Assembly (NCBI GenBank): GCA_005222975.1
Contig: NJBI01000006.1
Span: forward strand, 38,698 to 102,697
Reading direction: 5' to 3'
From: Promethearchaeota archaeon Loki_b31
GTDB lineage: Archaea; Asgardarchaeota; Lokiarchaeia; Sigyniarchaeales; SOKP01
DNA: 64,000 bases
Shown here: positions 1 through 10,004 of the stretch, one piece after another
How the letters are laid out: each line of letters starts with the position of its first letter
How positions within the stretch are numbered: the first letter of the stretch is position 1
Translations under genes and position numbers: made by a program
Notes under the pieces: model-generated
Seen by the model: the letters and a program-made list of their open reading frames with translations, nothing else
Databases searched by the model: none
What the model was told of the DNA's origin: nothing

Positions 1-1
1 C

Positions 2-145
2 TTCGGATACGAATTTTCTGGTTTTGATAAAGTACCTAAAAGTCTAGAAGAAGATTTAATTCTTGAAATTCGTAAGCGTAAAGGCATGCCTGATCATCTA
101 CCTAATACTTCAAGCTGGGATCGATTTATTTACAAGAAAACCTAA
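2..145 (+). CDS. fusA: 3' end of archaeal elongation factor EF-2 (partial)
   Basis: Frame from nt 2 reads FGYEFSGFDKVPKSLEEDLILEIRKRKGMPDHLP...KKT*. The IRKRKG motif is typical of the aEF-2 C-terminus. Canonical EF-2 and its Asgard paralog cannot be distinguished from this fragment. Confidence 0.85.
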   Translation, partial: FGYEFSGFDKVPKSLEEDLILEIRKRKGMPDHLPNTSSWDRFIYKKT

Positions 146-184
146 AATTTTTTATTATTTCTGTTTCTTTTATATTATTTTTAA

Positions 185-739
185 TTACATTTTAGCTCTT
201 AAATAAAGCTTCCTAACTAAAGCTTGAAACGCTTCAATTACACCTTGGCCTGTTAAGGCGCTATTTTTAAAATACCCAAGAAATCTATTATCGATTACAT
301 ATTTTCCAACATTATAATCTGAAGTTGCTTTGTCTTTATTCAATGATAAATCGTTTTCATCAATTAGATCGATCTTATTACCAAATAGTACAATTGGAAT
401 GTTTCCACAATGTTCTTTAAGTTCATTGAGCCATTTATCAACAAGATTAAAGCTTGTAGTTTGTTCTGAAGCGTGAGAAAAGACAATGATGGCACCACTA
501 CTTCCTGTATAAAACTTTTGACGCATTACATTAAAACTATCTTGACCTGCTATGTCCCAAATGAACAATTCGACTTTTTCACCATCGACATCTTCTTCAT
601 ATTTCGAAAACTGAGTCCCCAAAGTAGAGATATAACTTTTCTGAAATGAATCTGTAGTATACTTTTTAATTAACGATGTTTTCCCGACGGCCGGAGCACC
701 TATAATAATTATTTTAAATCCAAAAGCTTTTTCAGACAT
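185..739 (-). CDS. Rab-like small GTPase (tandem paralog 1)
   Basis: G1 GAPAVGKT, G2 STLG, G3 WDIAGQ, G4 GNKID, G5 NSAL. Start placed at ATG 739 (MSEK) by comparison with the neighbouring paralog. Confidence 0.92.
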   Translation of the reverse strand: MSEKAFGFKIIIIGAPAVGKTSLIKKYTTDSFQKSYISTLGTQFSKYEEDVDGEKVELFIWDIAGQDSFNVMRQKFYTGSSGAIIVFSHASEQTTSFNLVDKWLNELKEHCGNIPIVLFGNKIDLIDENDLSLNKDKATSDYNVGKYVIDNRFLGYFKNSALTGQGVIEAFQALVRKLYLRAKM

Positions 740-877
740 AATATTTTGTAAAATCATTTCTTGCTTTTTTAATTAGTAATAATTAAATTTTTTAAATCTT
801 CACAAAAAGATATATTATACGTTGCTTCAGTGTTCAAGAGTATAGATTTGTTGAATAAATAAATAAGGAAATTTAAA

Positions 878-1438
878 TTATATAGTAGTTTTAAAGTAAA
901 GGTCTCTAACTAACTTTTGAAATGCTTCAATAACACCTTGACCTGTTAAAGCGCTTGTTTTAAAATATCCTATGAAATTATGATCTTTCGAATATTTTCC
1001 AATGTTGAAATCAGAATTTACTTTATCCTCGTTTAGAGCTAAATCTTTCTCATCAATTAAATCGATCTTATTTCCAAATAATGCAATTGGAATATTTCCA
1101 CAATATTCATTAAGTTCTTTAAGCCATTTATCAATGTGATTAAAACTTGTTACTTCTTCTGGTGCGTGAGAAAACACAATAATTGCAGCACTACTTCCAT
1201 TATAAAACTTACTACGCATTGTTTCAAAAACATCTTGACCTGCAATATCCCATATGAATAACTTAATTTGGTTCCCTTCTATGATCTCTTCGTACTTTGA
1301 AAACTGAGCGCCCAGAGTGGCGATATAATCCTTTTGAAATGATCCAGTAGTATATTTTTTAACTAGAGTTGTTTTTCCAACTGAGGGATCTCCCACTACA
1401 GTTATCTTAAATTTATACTCTTTTTCTTCGTTTGACAT
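878..1438 (-). CDS. Rab-like small GTPase (tandem paralog 2)
   Basis: GDPSVGKT, ATLG, WDIAGQ, GNKID, TSAL; collinear and highly similar to 185..739. Confidence 0.92.
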   Translation of the reverse strand: MSNEEKEYKFKITVVGDPSVGKTTLVKKYTTGSFQKDYIATLGAQFSKYEEIIEGNQIKLFIWDIAGQDVFETMRSKFYNGSSAAIIVFSHAPEEVTSFNHIDKWLKELNEYCGNIPIALFGNKIDLIDEKDLALNEDKVNSDFNIGKYSKDHNFIGYFKTSALTGQGVIEAFQKLVRDLYFKTTI

Positions 1439-1600
1439 AATAATATGTGAAAAAATGTCTTTTTTTAATTATTATTAATAAAATGTTTCAAATTATTTTA
1501 CTTATATACATTTATACAAATCTTAACATTTAAAGAATTAAAGGTTATTATTAATATTATAGGTATTTTTAGAATTAATTAGATTAGATATGGTTGAAGG

Positions 1601-2518
1601 ATGACAGAAGATCGAGAAAATCAGAAAGAAGAAAAAAGTAATGATGATAAACAAGAGTCAACACAAGACCAAAATGATTTAGAAACCTATTTATCAGATA
1701 TGAAAAATCTCGAAACTGACTTTTCTGATTTGGAAGATCTAGACCTCGATGAATTAAAAGAAATGCAAGAAGCAATAGCAAAAGTTAAAGAACTTGAGTC
1801 CTTAGAAAATGAAGAAGCCATTGAAAAGGGAATATCAAAAGAACTTGAGTTAATTGGATCTGAGCTCCAAACAAATGAACGCGAAGATTACTTAGCACAA
1901 AAGGAAGCAATGATTAGCGATTTCTCTGATCTTGAAGAAATCGATTTTGATGAGCTTCAGGATATGCAAAAAGCTATAGAAGCAGTAAAACAAGAAGATA
2001 GCCAAGTAACTGGGGAAGATATACTCCAAACTCCCGTTAGTAGAGGTGTATCTTCAGAATTAGAAGAACGTATCAAACAAGAACTTATAGAGCGGAAAAA
2101 AGAAAAAGCAAAGGAAATAATAACTCCAGAAAAATTTTTAGAGCGTGCCAAGAATAAACGCGATAAAATTTGGTACCACTCTCTTTATTATTTAGTTTAT
2201 CAAGCAGAAGATAATATCGCGAGTAAGGCGTTGCTTTATGATACGCTGAAAGAAATTACGAGCAAAAGCCCCATTGATCCCATACCGGAAAACCAATTCT
2301 ATTTTGGACTAGGTTATATATTGAGACTGACTCTAAATGATAAGAAAGTTGTTAAATATATGAAAGGAGGTAAACTCAATATTAATATTGGAATAAAAGG
2401 CATCAGAGAAATTTTAGAAAAAGTTGGAGAACCTATCAGTACAAGGCCTATTCTAAAAGAAGAAGAAAAGAAAAAAATGTACACAAATTTTCTAAAAGAC
2501 GAATTTCTTGATATATAG
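1601..2518 (+). CDS. Hypothetical protein with acidic N-terminal tandem repeat and globular C-terminal domain
   Basis: 305-aa ORF; repeat units DFSDLEDLDLDELKEMQEAIAKVK and DFSDLEEIDFDELQDMQKAIEAVK. Confidence 0.8.
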   Translation: MTEDRENQKEEKSNDDKQESTQDQNDLETYLSDMKNLETDFSDLEDLDLDELKEMQEAIAKVKELESLENEEAIEKGISKELELIGSELQTNEREDYLAQKEAMISDFSDLEEIDFDELQDMQKAIEAVKQEDSQVTGEDILQTPVSRGVSSELEERIKQELIERKKEKAKEIITPEKFLERAKNKRDKIWYHSLYYLVYQAEDNIASKALLYDTLKEITSKSPIDPIPENQFYFGLGYILRLTLNDKKVVKYMKGGKLNINIGIKGIREILEKVGEPISTRPILKEEEKKKMYTNFLKDEFLDI

Positions 2519-2552
2519 AATTCTTCAATAAAATAAATAATGGTTAACAGTC

Positions 2553-3182
2553 ATGGAAGATAAACCCTCTCTTTTAATTATTGGGAATAGTAATGTAGGA
2601 AAGAGCTCAATTACCAAACTTTTGCTTCCAAATCCGAGAAAGTTTAAAGGAAAAACGGGTAAACAACCAGGAAGCACTTTACTAATTAAGCCTATAAAAC
2701 TACCTCAAATGCCGTACGACATTTTAGATTTACCTGGTTTTGGTTATATGAAAAGTTCTAGCCGACGCAGAGAGGAACACATAAAGAAGCAATTAGTTAT
2801 TCACATCGAAAAGCATCATAACGAATACTTTTTTGGTTTAGTAATAATAAACATTTTAAGAATTGAAGATGAGTTAAAAAAATATCACTTTCAAAGTCAA
2901 GTTACAATTCCGTTAACATTTGAATTAATTAAATTTTTAAAAGAATTTGACATCCCTCTTTTGGTTATTTTGAATAAAATAGATAAAATCTCAGTTTTTG
3001 ATAAGAAGAGAATAATCTCCTTATTAATTAATACCGCTAAGGATTATGGACTAAATCTAATTAATGTAAACGAGAGAATCGATAACGATCGCTCTAAAAC
3101 TCCCTATTTAGAATTCTCTGCGTTAAAGAAAACAAATTTAGCCAAACTGAAACGCACTATAAATACACACCTAAAAAATTAA
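2553..3182 (+). CDS. engB: EngB/YihA-family GTP-binding protein
   Basis: GNSNVGKSS, PGST, DLPGFG, LNKIDK, FSA motifs. Confidence 0.85.
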   Translation: MEDKPSLLIIGNSNVGKSSITKLLLPNPRKFKGKTGKQPGSTLLIKPIKLPQMPYDILDLPGFGYMKSSSRRREEHIKKQLVIHIEKHHNEYFFGLVIINILRIEDELKKYHFQSQVTIPLTFELIKFLKEFDIPLLVILNKIDKISVFDKKRIISLLINTAKDYGLNLINVNERIDNDRSKTPYLEFSALKKTNLAKLKRTINTHLKN

Positions 3183-3206
3183 GTTTTAAAACTCTTTTAT
3201 GTGTTA

Positions 3207-4496
3207 TTATGGGGTTGTTATTTTTGGGTCTTTGTTTTTATCCCAATTTACGGCAAACAAAAAGTCCCTACTTGCCTTATTTGTGTATATTAAAGGAAAA
3301 TTTCCAATCTCTTCGAACTTTAGAGCTAATTCTTCTAAATATTCATATTCTGGGAAGTAATATTGAAGTTTTTTATCGCTTTTTAGCCTTTCGTTGATCA
3401 TGAGCGCTTTTGCTTGTAACGTAAATCCTTTTATTTCAAAAAAATTTGGATTAGCTTTATCAATTAATTTAATATAGTCCTTAATGTAATTTTCAGATAA
3501 ATTTAAGTTTTTTACAGCTGTTATTCTTACTAAGCTTCTACAAGATAAATTTTCAACTAAATCTAAGGTGTCTGATATTTTACTCCACCCATTTTTAATC
3601 ATAGAGCGGCAAACTTTTTTATACACCGTCTCGTTTGGTGCAGGTAAGGTTATATACAGTTGGGAAGGTAATGAATTTAAACTTTCAATCCTTTCTGGTA
3701 GTGTTCCGTTAGTTACAATAAATGAAGTCATATTACGATTCCGGAATTCTTCAACCAATCCGCCTATTTTGGGATATAATAGCGGTTCACCATCAAGGGA
3801 TATTGCTGCGTGATTTGGATTCATGGCTTCACCATGAACTTGCATTATCTCATCAGGAGTCGTTAATGCTAAATTGAATAACTTTACGATTTCATCTCGT
3901 GAATCAATACAGCATGAAATCTCTTTCTCGACTCTATAATTTTTCAATGTATCATCTATAGCCGTAATAAATTTTTGATTTTTTAGTAAATTAACAGCGC
4001 GGTCAACCTTGTTTTTACTTACATGAAGGTTTCTGGAAAGTGAATTTATATTATGATTTTCATCATTCGATAACATAAAATTGAGCATGTCCACCATAAT
4101 TTCGTAATTTTCAAGATATCTTCTTAATGGCAAATGATTTTTTATAATATCACGCTGGTGACGGATCATTTCATCAACTAGATCTTTTGGCTCGTCCGGC
4201 TCAACAATAAATTCATCGCCCAAACTTCCTAATTCAATATCTCTCCAACAGAATACGCATTGATGGTTGCAGAAAGGCATAGAAGGAGTATTTTGTAAAC
4301 ATCTGTGGCTTTGAATTCCAAAAACTCCTTTATAACAATTTCGATTATCTCTACCTGTTAATAATTTTTGTTCTAACCAATGACAAGGTTTAATTGCAGT
4401 GTGCTTATTCCTACCTATTATGCGATATGTCGTTTTTGTGTATTTTTCAACAAAATCGTTTGTAATTTTATTATTAACAATGTATTGATTTTTCAT
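3207..4496 (-). CDS. taw1: tRNA 4-demethylwyosine synthase Taw1/Tyw1 (radical SAM) with an internal insertion
   Basis: KPCHW, CYK, SHRC, CNHQCVFCWR (CxxxCxxC), HAAISLDGEP, VTNG motifs. Confidence 0.9.
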   Translation of the reverse strand: MKNQYIVNNKITNDFVEKYTKTTYRIIGRNKHTAIKPCHWLEQKLLTGRDNRNCYKGVFGIQSHRCLQNTPSMPFCNHQCVFCWRDIELGSLGDEFIVEPDEPKDLVDEMIRHQRDIIKNHLPLRRYLENYEIMVDMLNFMLSNDENHNINSLSRNLHVSKNKVDRAVNLLKNQKFITAIDDTLKNYRVEKEISCCIDSRDEIVKLFNLALTTPDEIMQVHGEAMNPNHAAISLDGEPLLYPKIGGLVEEFRNRNMTSFIVTNGTLPERIESLNSLPSQLYITLPAPNETVYKKVCRSMIKNGWSKISDTLDLVENLSCRSLVRITAVKNLNLSENYIKDYIKLIDKANPNFFEIKGFTLQAKALMINERLKSDKKLQYYFPEYEYLEELALKFEEIGNFPLIYTNKASRDFLFAVNWDKNKDPKITTP

Positions 4497-4663
4497 ATCA
4501 GAGTGCCACTATTTTTTCTTCGTATTCTAGTAGTTTATAATTATAGGTAAATGTATTTACTTAAGATATTAAAAATTATTATTTAAAAATATAAGTAGCT
4601 TAGTAATTAGCAAGCGACTTATAAAATATAATTGAAAACGGATTAAAATTTTTTCGAACTAAA

Positions 4664-5542
4664 ATGTTAAATAAAATAAAAAGCCAAATGCTTAATTTGG
4701 GGTTGAAATTTATCAGCGTTGACGACAAGATAGTGAGAATGATATTAGAAACTAGCTCTTCAAACATTAATGAGATTGTTATAATGCCCGCAGTTAAGAT
4801 AGTAATGAAAAAGTTAGTTAATAAGTTACAAAATAAGATCGTTCATGGTAAAGTTTACAATGGAATATTAAACGGAATTAGAGTAAGTTTAATTCGTTCT
4901 CAAGTAGGATGTCCAAACGCAGCACTTACAATAGAAAGTTTGAAACGTTCTAAAGCAAAAGTAATTGTTAGAGTGGATTTTTGTGGAGGTATTTATGGAG
5001 AGAACACCGATATTGATATTGGCGATGTTGTGGTTCCAAAATTGGCTTACTGCGATGATGGAACGACCCCTCAATATATTAGAGCTAATCAGGCGTTATT
5101 AAATCAACTAGAATCAATAAGTAATCCTTTATCAACTGTTCAAAATGTAATTGCAGGAAATCACACTATTTTTATTTCAAAACCAAATGAAATTTTAAAG
5201 GATTTATTAATCAAAGAAGCTCGTGCTTTTAATCCTGAAAAAGCAAAAGAAGTACTTCTTTGGACGATAGATGCGTTATTTTGTGAAACATTTGATTTTA
5301 TACGAGCATTAAAAGCAATCAATATCAAAGCAATCGATATGGAATCTTCGGTTTTATTTTTGTTAGGTCAACTCTATAACTTAAAAACAGCTTCAATTCT
5401 TTCAGTATCTGATTTACCAGGCCATCCTCAGTTTGATCTACTTAATTCAAACGAAATCCATCCTGATATGGAGGTGGGGGTTGATAACGCAATTAAAATT
5501 TTAATAAAAACCCTTCCAAAAATACAACACACTTTAGTTTAA
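4664..5542 (+). CDS. Nucleoside phosphorylase (PNP/UDP family)-like protein
   Basis: VGCPNAA, RVDFCGG, IGDVVVP, WTIDALF, IDMES, LSVSD follow the PNP_UDP_1 layout, with some deviations. Confidence 0.75.
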   Translation: MLNKIKSQMLNLGLKFISVDDKIVRMILETSSSNINEIVIMPAVKIVMKKLVNKLQNKIVHGKVYNGILNGIRVSLIRSQVGCPNAALTIESLKRSKAKVIVRVDFCGGIYGENTDIDIGDVVVPKLAYCDDGTTPQYIRANQALLNQLESISNPLSTVQNVIAGNHTIFISKPNEILKDLLIKEARAFNPEKAKEVLLWTIDALFCETFDFIRALKAINIKAIDMESSVLFLLGQLYNLKTASILSVSDLPGHPQFDLLNSNEIHPDMEVGVDNAIKILIKTLPKIQHTLV

Positions 5543-5548
5543 ACAAAG

Positions 5549-6451
5549 TCATAAACCTTGTAATAATTTAGAAAAGTTAGGTTCTTTGAAAAACTCGTTA
5601 AACTTTTTGAGTAGTTCAATATTAACCAAATGTATTTTTTGATTTTGTTTATTCTTAATAGACTTTATTAAATCCAAATCTTTTAACTTTTTCATGTGAT
5701 ATTGAATTGTTCCAGAATAAACATCAAGATTTTCTCCTATTTTTGAAATGGCAATGCTCTCATCTTTAAAAATTGCCTCAATTAATTTTTGGATTAAGGG
5801 GTTTGAAAATATCACCTTATACTTATCGTAATCCTCGGGAACATCAACCAAGAAATAATGCAATGATTTTCCTATTTTTTTTGATCTAATAAGTTTAAAT
5901 CGTTCTAAAGTCATTATATGTTTCAAAAATGGCGTTCTTGTAATGTTTAATTCTTTTTCGATTTTTTCGTTCCTTGCGTGAATACCCGGATTTTCTTTAA
6001 TGAAGTTAAGAATTTTTGATAGTTTCTCGTTGTTTAGAATTTCTAACTTGGTTCTTCTTTCGTTGGTTACAATCCAACTCTTTTCTTCTAAACTTCTAAT
6101 GGCCAAAAATATTTCTTCTTTGCTATAACCTTTCTTATACGCAAGTTTTGCTATGCTCTTTGCGTATAACTTTTCAATTATGGGAAATTTCTGAAATTCT
6201 GCTTCAGAAGCGACTTCGATATCAAAAGCAGCGTCGTATCTTTTTAATTTTAAAATTGTTTCAGCTATTTTTAAAACATCCTTCTCTACTTCAGTTAATT
6301 CCTCAATTAACTTTCCTTGTTCTGCTATTTTTGGTTTTTTTACTGTTTTAACCTCTTGTAAAGGAGCGAAATTTAAACGCCTAAATGAACTTGCTTCTAA
6401 CTCTTTCATTTTTCTGTTTTCTCTAGTTTCTCTTCTTTTTTCAAGCGACAT
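5549..6451 (-). CDS. Multi-winged-helix transcriptional regulator
   Basis: ILNFIKENPGIH...HIMTLERFKLI and ISKIGENLDVYSGTIQYHMKKLKDLDLI form tandem ArsR/MarR-like wHTH domains. Confidence 0.75.
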   Translation of the reverse strand: MSLEKRRETRENRKMKELEASSFRRLNFAPLQEVKTVKKPKIAEQGKLIEELTEVEKDVLKIAETILKLKRYDAAFDIEVASEAEFQKFPIIEKLYAKSIAKLAYKKGYSKEEIFLAIRSLEEKSWIVTNERRTKLEILNNEKLSKILNFIKENPGIHARNEKIEKELNITRTPFLKHIMTLERFKLIRSKKIGKSLHYFLVDVPEDYDKYKVIFSNPLIQKLIEAIFKDESIAISKIGENLDVYSGTIQYHMKKLKDLDLIKSIKNKQNQKIHLVNIELLKKFNEFFKEPNFSKLLQGL

Positions 6452-6477
6452 TTTTTAAGAAAGTCTTTTTTTTATTA

Positions 6478-8046
6478 TTAGGCGTTTTTCTCTAAATATA
6501 CGACAAATTCTATTTGTTCCTCGCTATCCAAATATTTCAGTTCTTCCACTATTTTATCGTAATACTGTGGTTTAACATTTTGAAGCTTGCGTATTCTCTC
6601 TATCAATTTCTCTGGAATGGTCTCGTATAATTTTCTCAACGCTCCGATGTACTTCAGTTGTTCCTCCGCAGCTAAGAAAGCTAATTCTTTTAATATTTCT
6701 TTTCGTTGTTTTTTAGGTATATCAAGTTCTAATATCTGTTTTCTCAAATCTTTGGAGATGATGTTAAATATTTTTGAAAAGTACTCCTTTACTACCTTTC
6801 TATCCTTCTCGTTCTTAACTGGTAAAAGCGACTCGTGAAGTCTTAATTTAATTTCTTTCTCTTTCTTTTTTATTTCTTTAAATTTGGGAGGTTTTTCTTC
6901 TTCTTTATATTCCTCCTCGATAACTTTAATTTCTTCCTCTTCTTCTAACGGAAGCTCTTTTTCAGTACTAATTGTCTGAAATTTCGGTTCTGGGGGTATT
7001 TTATCTTGTTCTACCAATTTTAACTCTTCTTTTTTAACAATTGCTTCTATTTGCTCCACTTTCTGAACTGGAATGATTTCAATTTCTTTTCCTTTTAATC
7101 TAGGTTTTTCAATTAAATCGATTGGTTTTCCTACAAAAAGTAAAAATATTAAAATAGACTTTATCAAAATAAAGATCCCTATATTCAAAAAAGCTGTACC
7201 TATTGCTCCTAAAATGAATGTTCGAAGCGCATCACGACCTGTAAACTCTCGCTTCTTGTGAATTTTAGCTCTTGACTTTGAATCTATTATCAAGACGCTA
7301 ATAGGTATTACAAGAAATAAAAATATTGCAATGTAAGTATCCATGAAAAATATTCCTTCATGGAGTCTAAAAAAGTAAATATTAATAAGCCCAGAGAATG
7401 TTCCATAAAGCACAAGTAATACGATTACGAAACCTGCTTTTGCTGAAAAATTGTTTATTGAATTTTTTAGTTTAAGACCAAAATTATACGCTTTATGATT
7501 GTTGCTTTCATGGTTTATAATTGAGTATATAAAAATCAATATCCCTTTAATCAAAAGTATTGCACCAGTGCCGTAAATAAAACAACCTAAGATTCCATAA
7601 CAAATCGCATCTAGGGCAATGTCGTCGTAACTATCAGATTTAATTTTTGGGGAAATATACTTTGAGTCATATAGGATAATTAATACGCCACTACCTACAA
7701 TTAAATAAGAACTAATTAAATGATTAATTCCACTAGGTATAAATATTAAATTTAAAATTATAACTAAGATTAATAAGATAGCGATTGGAATACAATCAAA
7801 TTTATTTAATTTTTTTATTGCTTTATCAAGTTTAGATTTTTTCTTGTCCCTAATTGAAGACTTGGAACGTAAAAGAATCGATTTTTCTGATTTTTTTACA
7901 GAAGCTTGTTTAAATATTATTCCCGCCAAAGAGAAAGGCGTTCCACACATTTCACAGTAAACCTGTACTTTATTTTCTATAAGTTCAGATAACTCCTTTG
8001 GAAAACCATAATTACAAGAACGGCAAACATATAGCGTTTTATCCAT
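6478..8046 (-). CDS. Zn-ribbon membrane protein with a duplicated TM module and a charged C-terminal region
   Basis: CRSC...CEMC at the N-terminus, two similar hydrophobic blocks, a Glu/Lys-rich linker and a helical C-terminus. Confidence 0.7.
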   Translation of the reverse strand: MDKTLYVCRSCNYGFPKELSELIENKVQVYCEMCGTPFSLAGIIFKQASVKKSEKSILLRSKSSIRDKKKSKLDKAIKKLNKFDCIPIAILLILVIILNLIFIPSGINHLISSYLIVGSGVLIILYDSKYISPKIKSDSYDDIALDAICYGILGCFIYGTGAILLIKGILIFIYSIINHESNNHKAYNFGLKLKNSINNFSAKAGFVIVLLVLYGTFSGLINIYFFRLHEGIFFMDTYIAIFLFLVIPISVLIIDSKSRAKIHKKREFTGRDALRTFILGAIGTAFLNIGIFILIKSILIFLLFVGKPIDLIEKPRLKGKEIEIIPVQKVEQIEAIVKKEELKLVEQDKIPPEPKFQTISTEKELPLEEEEEIKVIEEEYKEEEKPPKFKEIKKKEKEIKLRLHESLLPVKNEKDRKVVKEYFSKIFNIISKDLRKQILELDIPKKQRKEILKELAFLAAEEQLKYIGALRKLYETIPEKLIERIRKLQNVKPQYYDKIVEELKYLDSEEQIEFVVYLEKNA

Positions 8047-8365
8047 TTAACTTCACACTTATATATTTAATAATTTTATTTAATTTTTTTAATTTTTGAA
8101 AAATAATTAATTTATTTTTCCAATCTTTAGTAAATAAACATTTCCCAATGTCGAAAAAGTGGTATATTTAACGCAGAACTTCCGATTAACATAACAGACT
8201 AACGCTCTGTGTAGCCACATTGTTAATACCTAATTATAATTGAAAAATAAATAGTTAATTTATAGAAGTAAGAATGTGAATATAAAAAAATTGGAGTCCA
8301 GTTTTTAAAAAATTCTTTCAAAATATAGAAACTTTCAGTTCTTCTAAATAACTTTGTAAAATTAA

Positions 8366-8866
8366 TTATGAAATTAAATATATCCAATCTAATTCTTTTA
8401 CTGTTTTATGAAGTTTATGATCGTCTTTCGTTGAATTATATTCTATATTAGTAAATAATTTATAAGCTTGTTCGCGAGATGTTTTAAGTCGTACTACATC
8501 GTCATTTTTACCGTGATAAGCTATAACAGGCACATCCACCGGATTGTATTTTTCTAAATCTAACACTGATGGCTCTAGATATGGTGCTAATAATATCAAT
8601 CTTTTAACCTTTTTAGGGTTTTGAAGCGTATATAATGCACCCATTAGACCTCCAAAACTTGAACCTATTAATACCCATAAGTCCTTTTCTCTTAAAATTG
8701 ATTTTAACTGAGCCATTCTCTTTTCAAGAAGGTCGTTAATTGATTTTTTTTGGTCAAACTCAATAAAATCAGGAGTAAGAATTTCTGGAATTAATTTTTT
8801 TAAATACACTCCTTTAAAACCCTTGCCCGAACTTTCAAGACCGTGTATGAAAATAATATTTTTCAT
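8366..8866 (-). CDS. YqiA-like alpha/beta hydrolase (esterase)
   Basis: FIHGLESS, GSSFGG nucleophile elbow, HGKNDDVV, DDH. Confidence 0.85.
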   Translation of the reverse strand: MKNIIFIHGLESSGKGFKGVYLKKLIPEILTPDFIEFDQKKSINDLLEKRMAQLKSILREKDLWVLIGSSFGGLMGALYTLQNPKKVKRLILLAPYLEPSVLDLEKYNPVDVPVIAYHGKNDDVVRLKTSREQAYKLFTNIEYNSTKDDHKLHKTVKELDWIYLIS

Positions 8867-8893
8867 TTTATTAATTTAGTAGAAATAATTTTC

Positions 8894-9967
8894 TCATTTA
8901 TCCTGATCATTATCGAGGTCTTCAGGTGATAATGGGTTTAATTCTTTTTTTAATTCTCTAAATATCTTTCTCTGACCGAAAAAAATTAAAAGGAAAAGGA
9001 TACCAAAATAAATCGTGATTATAATTAGTGTTAAGAAATAATAGGCTTTTGTATACGAGATGAAATGTAGCGCAACTCCGATAATAAAACCCGTAAGCAA
9101 CCGAGATTCCGTAGTGCTTTTCCTAAATAAGAGCTTCTGAGTCCCCCAATCTATCATTCCAGGTATTGGAAAGACGATTATTATAAACAAAGCTATTTCT
9201 GCGCTAAATTGAGTGTTAATTATCAATTCAGTTAAGTGCGTAAAAAAAATTGACATAACTATTCCTATTATCATTCCTGAGCATCTTGAACAAAAATATA
9301 TTTTTGTCCTTCCAAATTGAAAATAAAATGTATGGTCGCTTGCTTCAACTGGGTGATGTGTTAAGAGTAAATAATATAGATGCCTTTCCTTTGAAGCTAA
9401 AATTTTGTCGTAGATAACTAAAAGAATAGGTATTAAAAAAATGGTTGAAATAAGCGTTTGCAAGAAAAATTTAAACCCAAAGTTGATAAAAATAGTTTCC
9501 AATTCTAAAGGATTTGAATATAATGAAAGTTGGAATACGATGATTAAAAACATCACAAGAAAAGAATTAATTACCAATAACAAAAAAGTGTAATAAACAG
9601 CCATACCTTTATGATATTTCAACGGCTTATATTTATATAAACCAGCTATCAAACCATAAATAGCCACAATAAGACACCAATCTAAGTAAATATTGTTATA
9701 AAACGCGAATTGGTATAGGAGTTCACCTAAAAATCCTGCTATGAACGCCTGAATTGGACCGGCTATTATCGAAAAAAATGTAAAAATTAATAGCAACAAC
9801 CCAAAAATTATTGAAAACTCATTAATTCCAATATATGGTATGGAAATTGAACCAAAAATTTCCGAGATATATATATAACTCATAATAATAAAAACTGTTA
9901 TGAGAATGTTCATAAATATCGATCTTAAGCAAAATTTTGGCGTCTTGTTAGCGGGGTCAACGCTCAT
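8894..9967 (-). CDS. Membrane protein: ECF S-component-like N-terminus fused to a DUF2085-like domain
   Basis: AGPIQAFIAGFLGELL resembles S-component helices; HHP...FCSRCSG...IDWGTQ...RLLTGFIIG resembles DUF2085. Confidence 0.6.
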   Translation of the reverse strand: MSVDPANKTPKFCLRSIFMNILITVFIIMSYIYISEIFGSISIPYIGINEFSIIFGLLLLIFTFFSIIAGPIQAFIAGFLGELLYQFAFYNNIYLDWCLIVAIYGLIAGLYKYKPLKYHKGMAVYYTFLLLVINSFLVMFLIIVFQLSLYSNPLELETIFINFGFKFFLQTLISTIFLIPILLVIYDKILASKERHLYYLLLTHHPVEASDHTFYFQFGRTKIYFCSRCSGMIIGIVMSIFFTHLTELIINTQFSAEIALFIIIVFPIPGMIDWGTQKLLFRKSTTESRLLTGFIIGVALHFISYTKAYYFLTLIIITIYFGILFLLIFFGQRKIFRELKKELNPLSPEDLDNDQDK

Positions 9968-10004
9968 GCTAATCGCTCTTTAATACTAATAAACGTAAAA
10001 TAAA

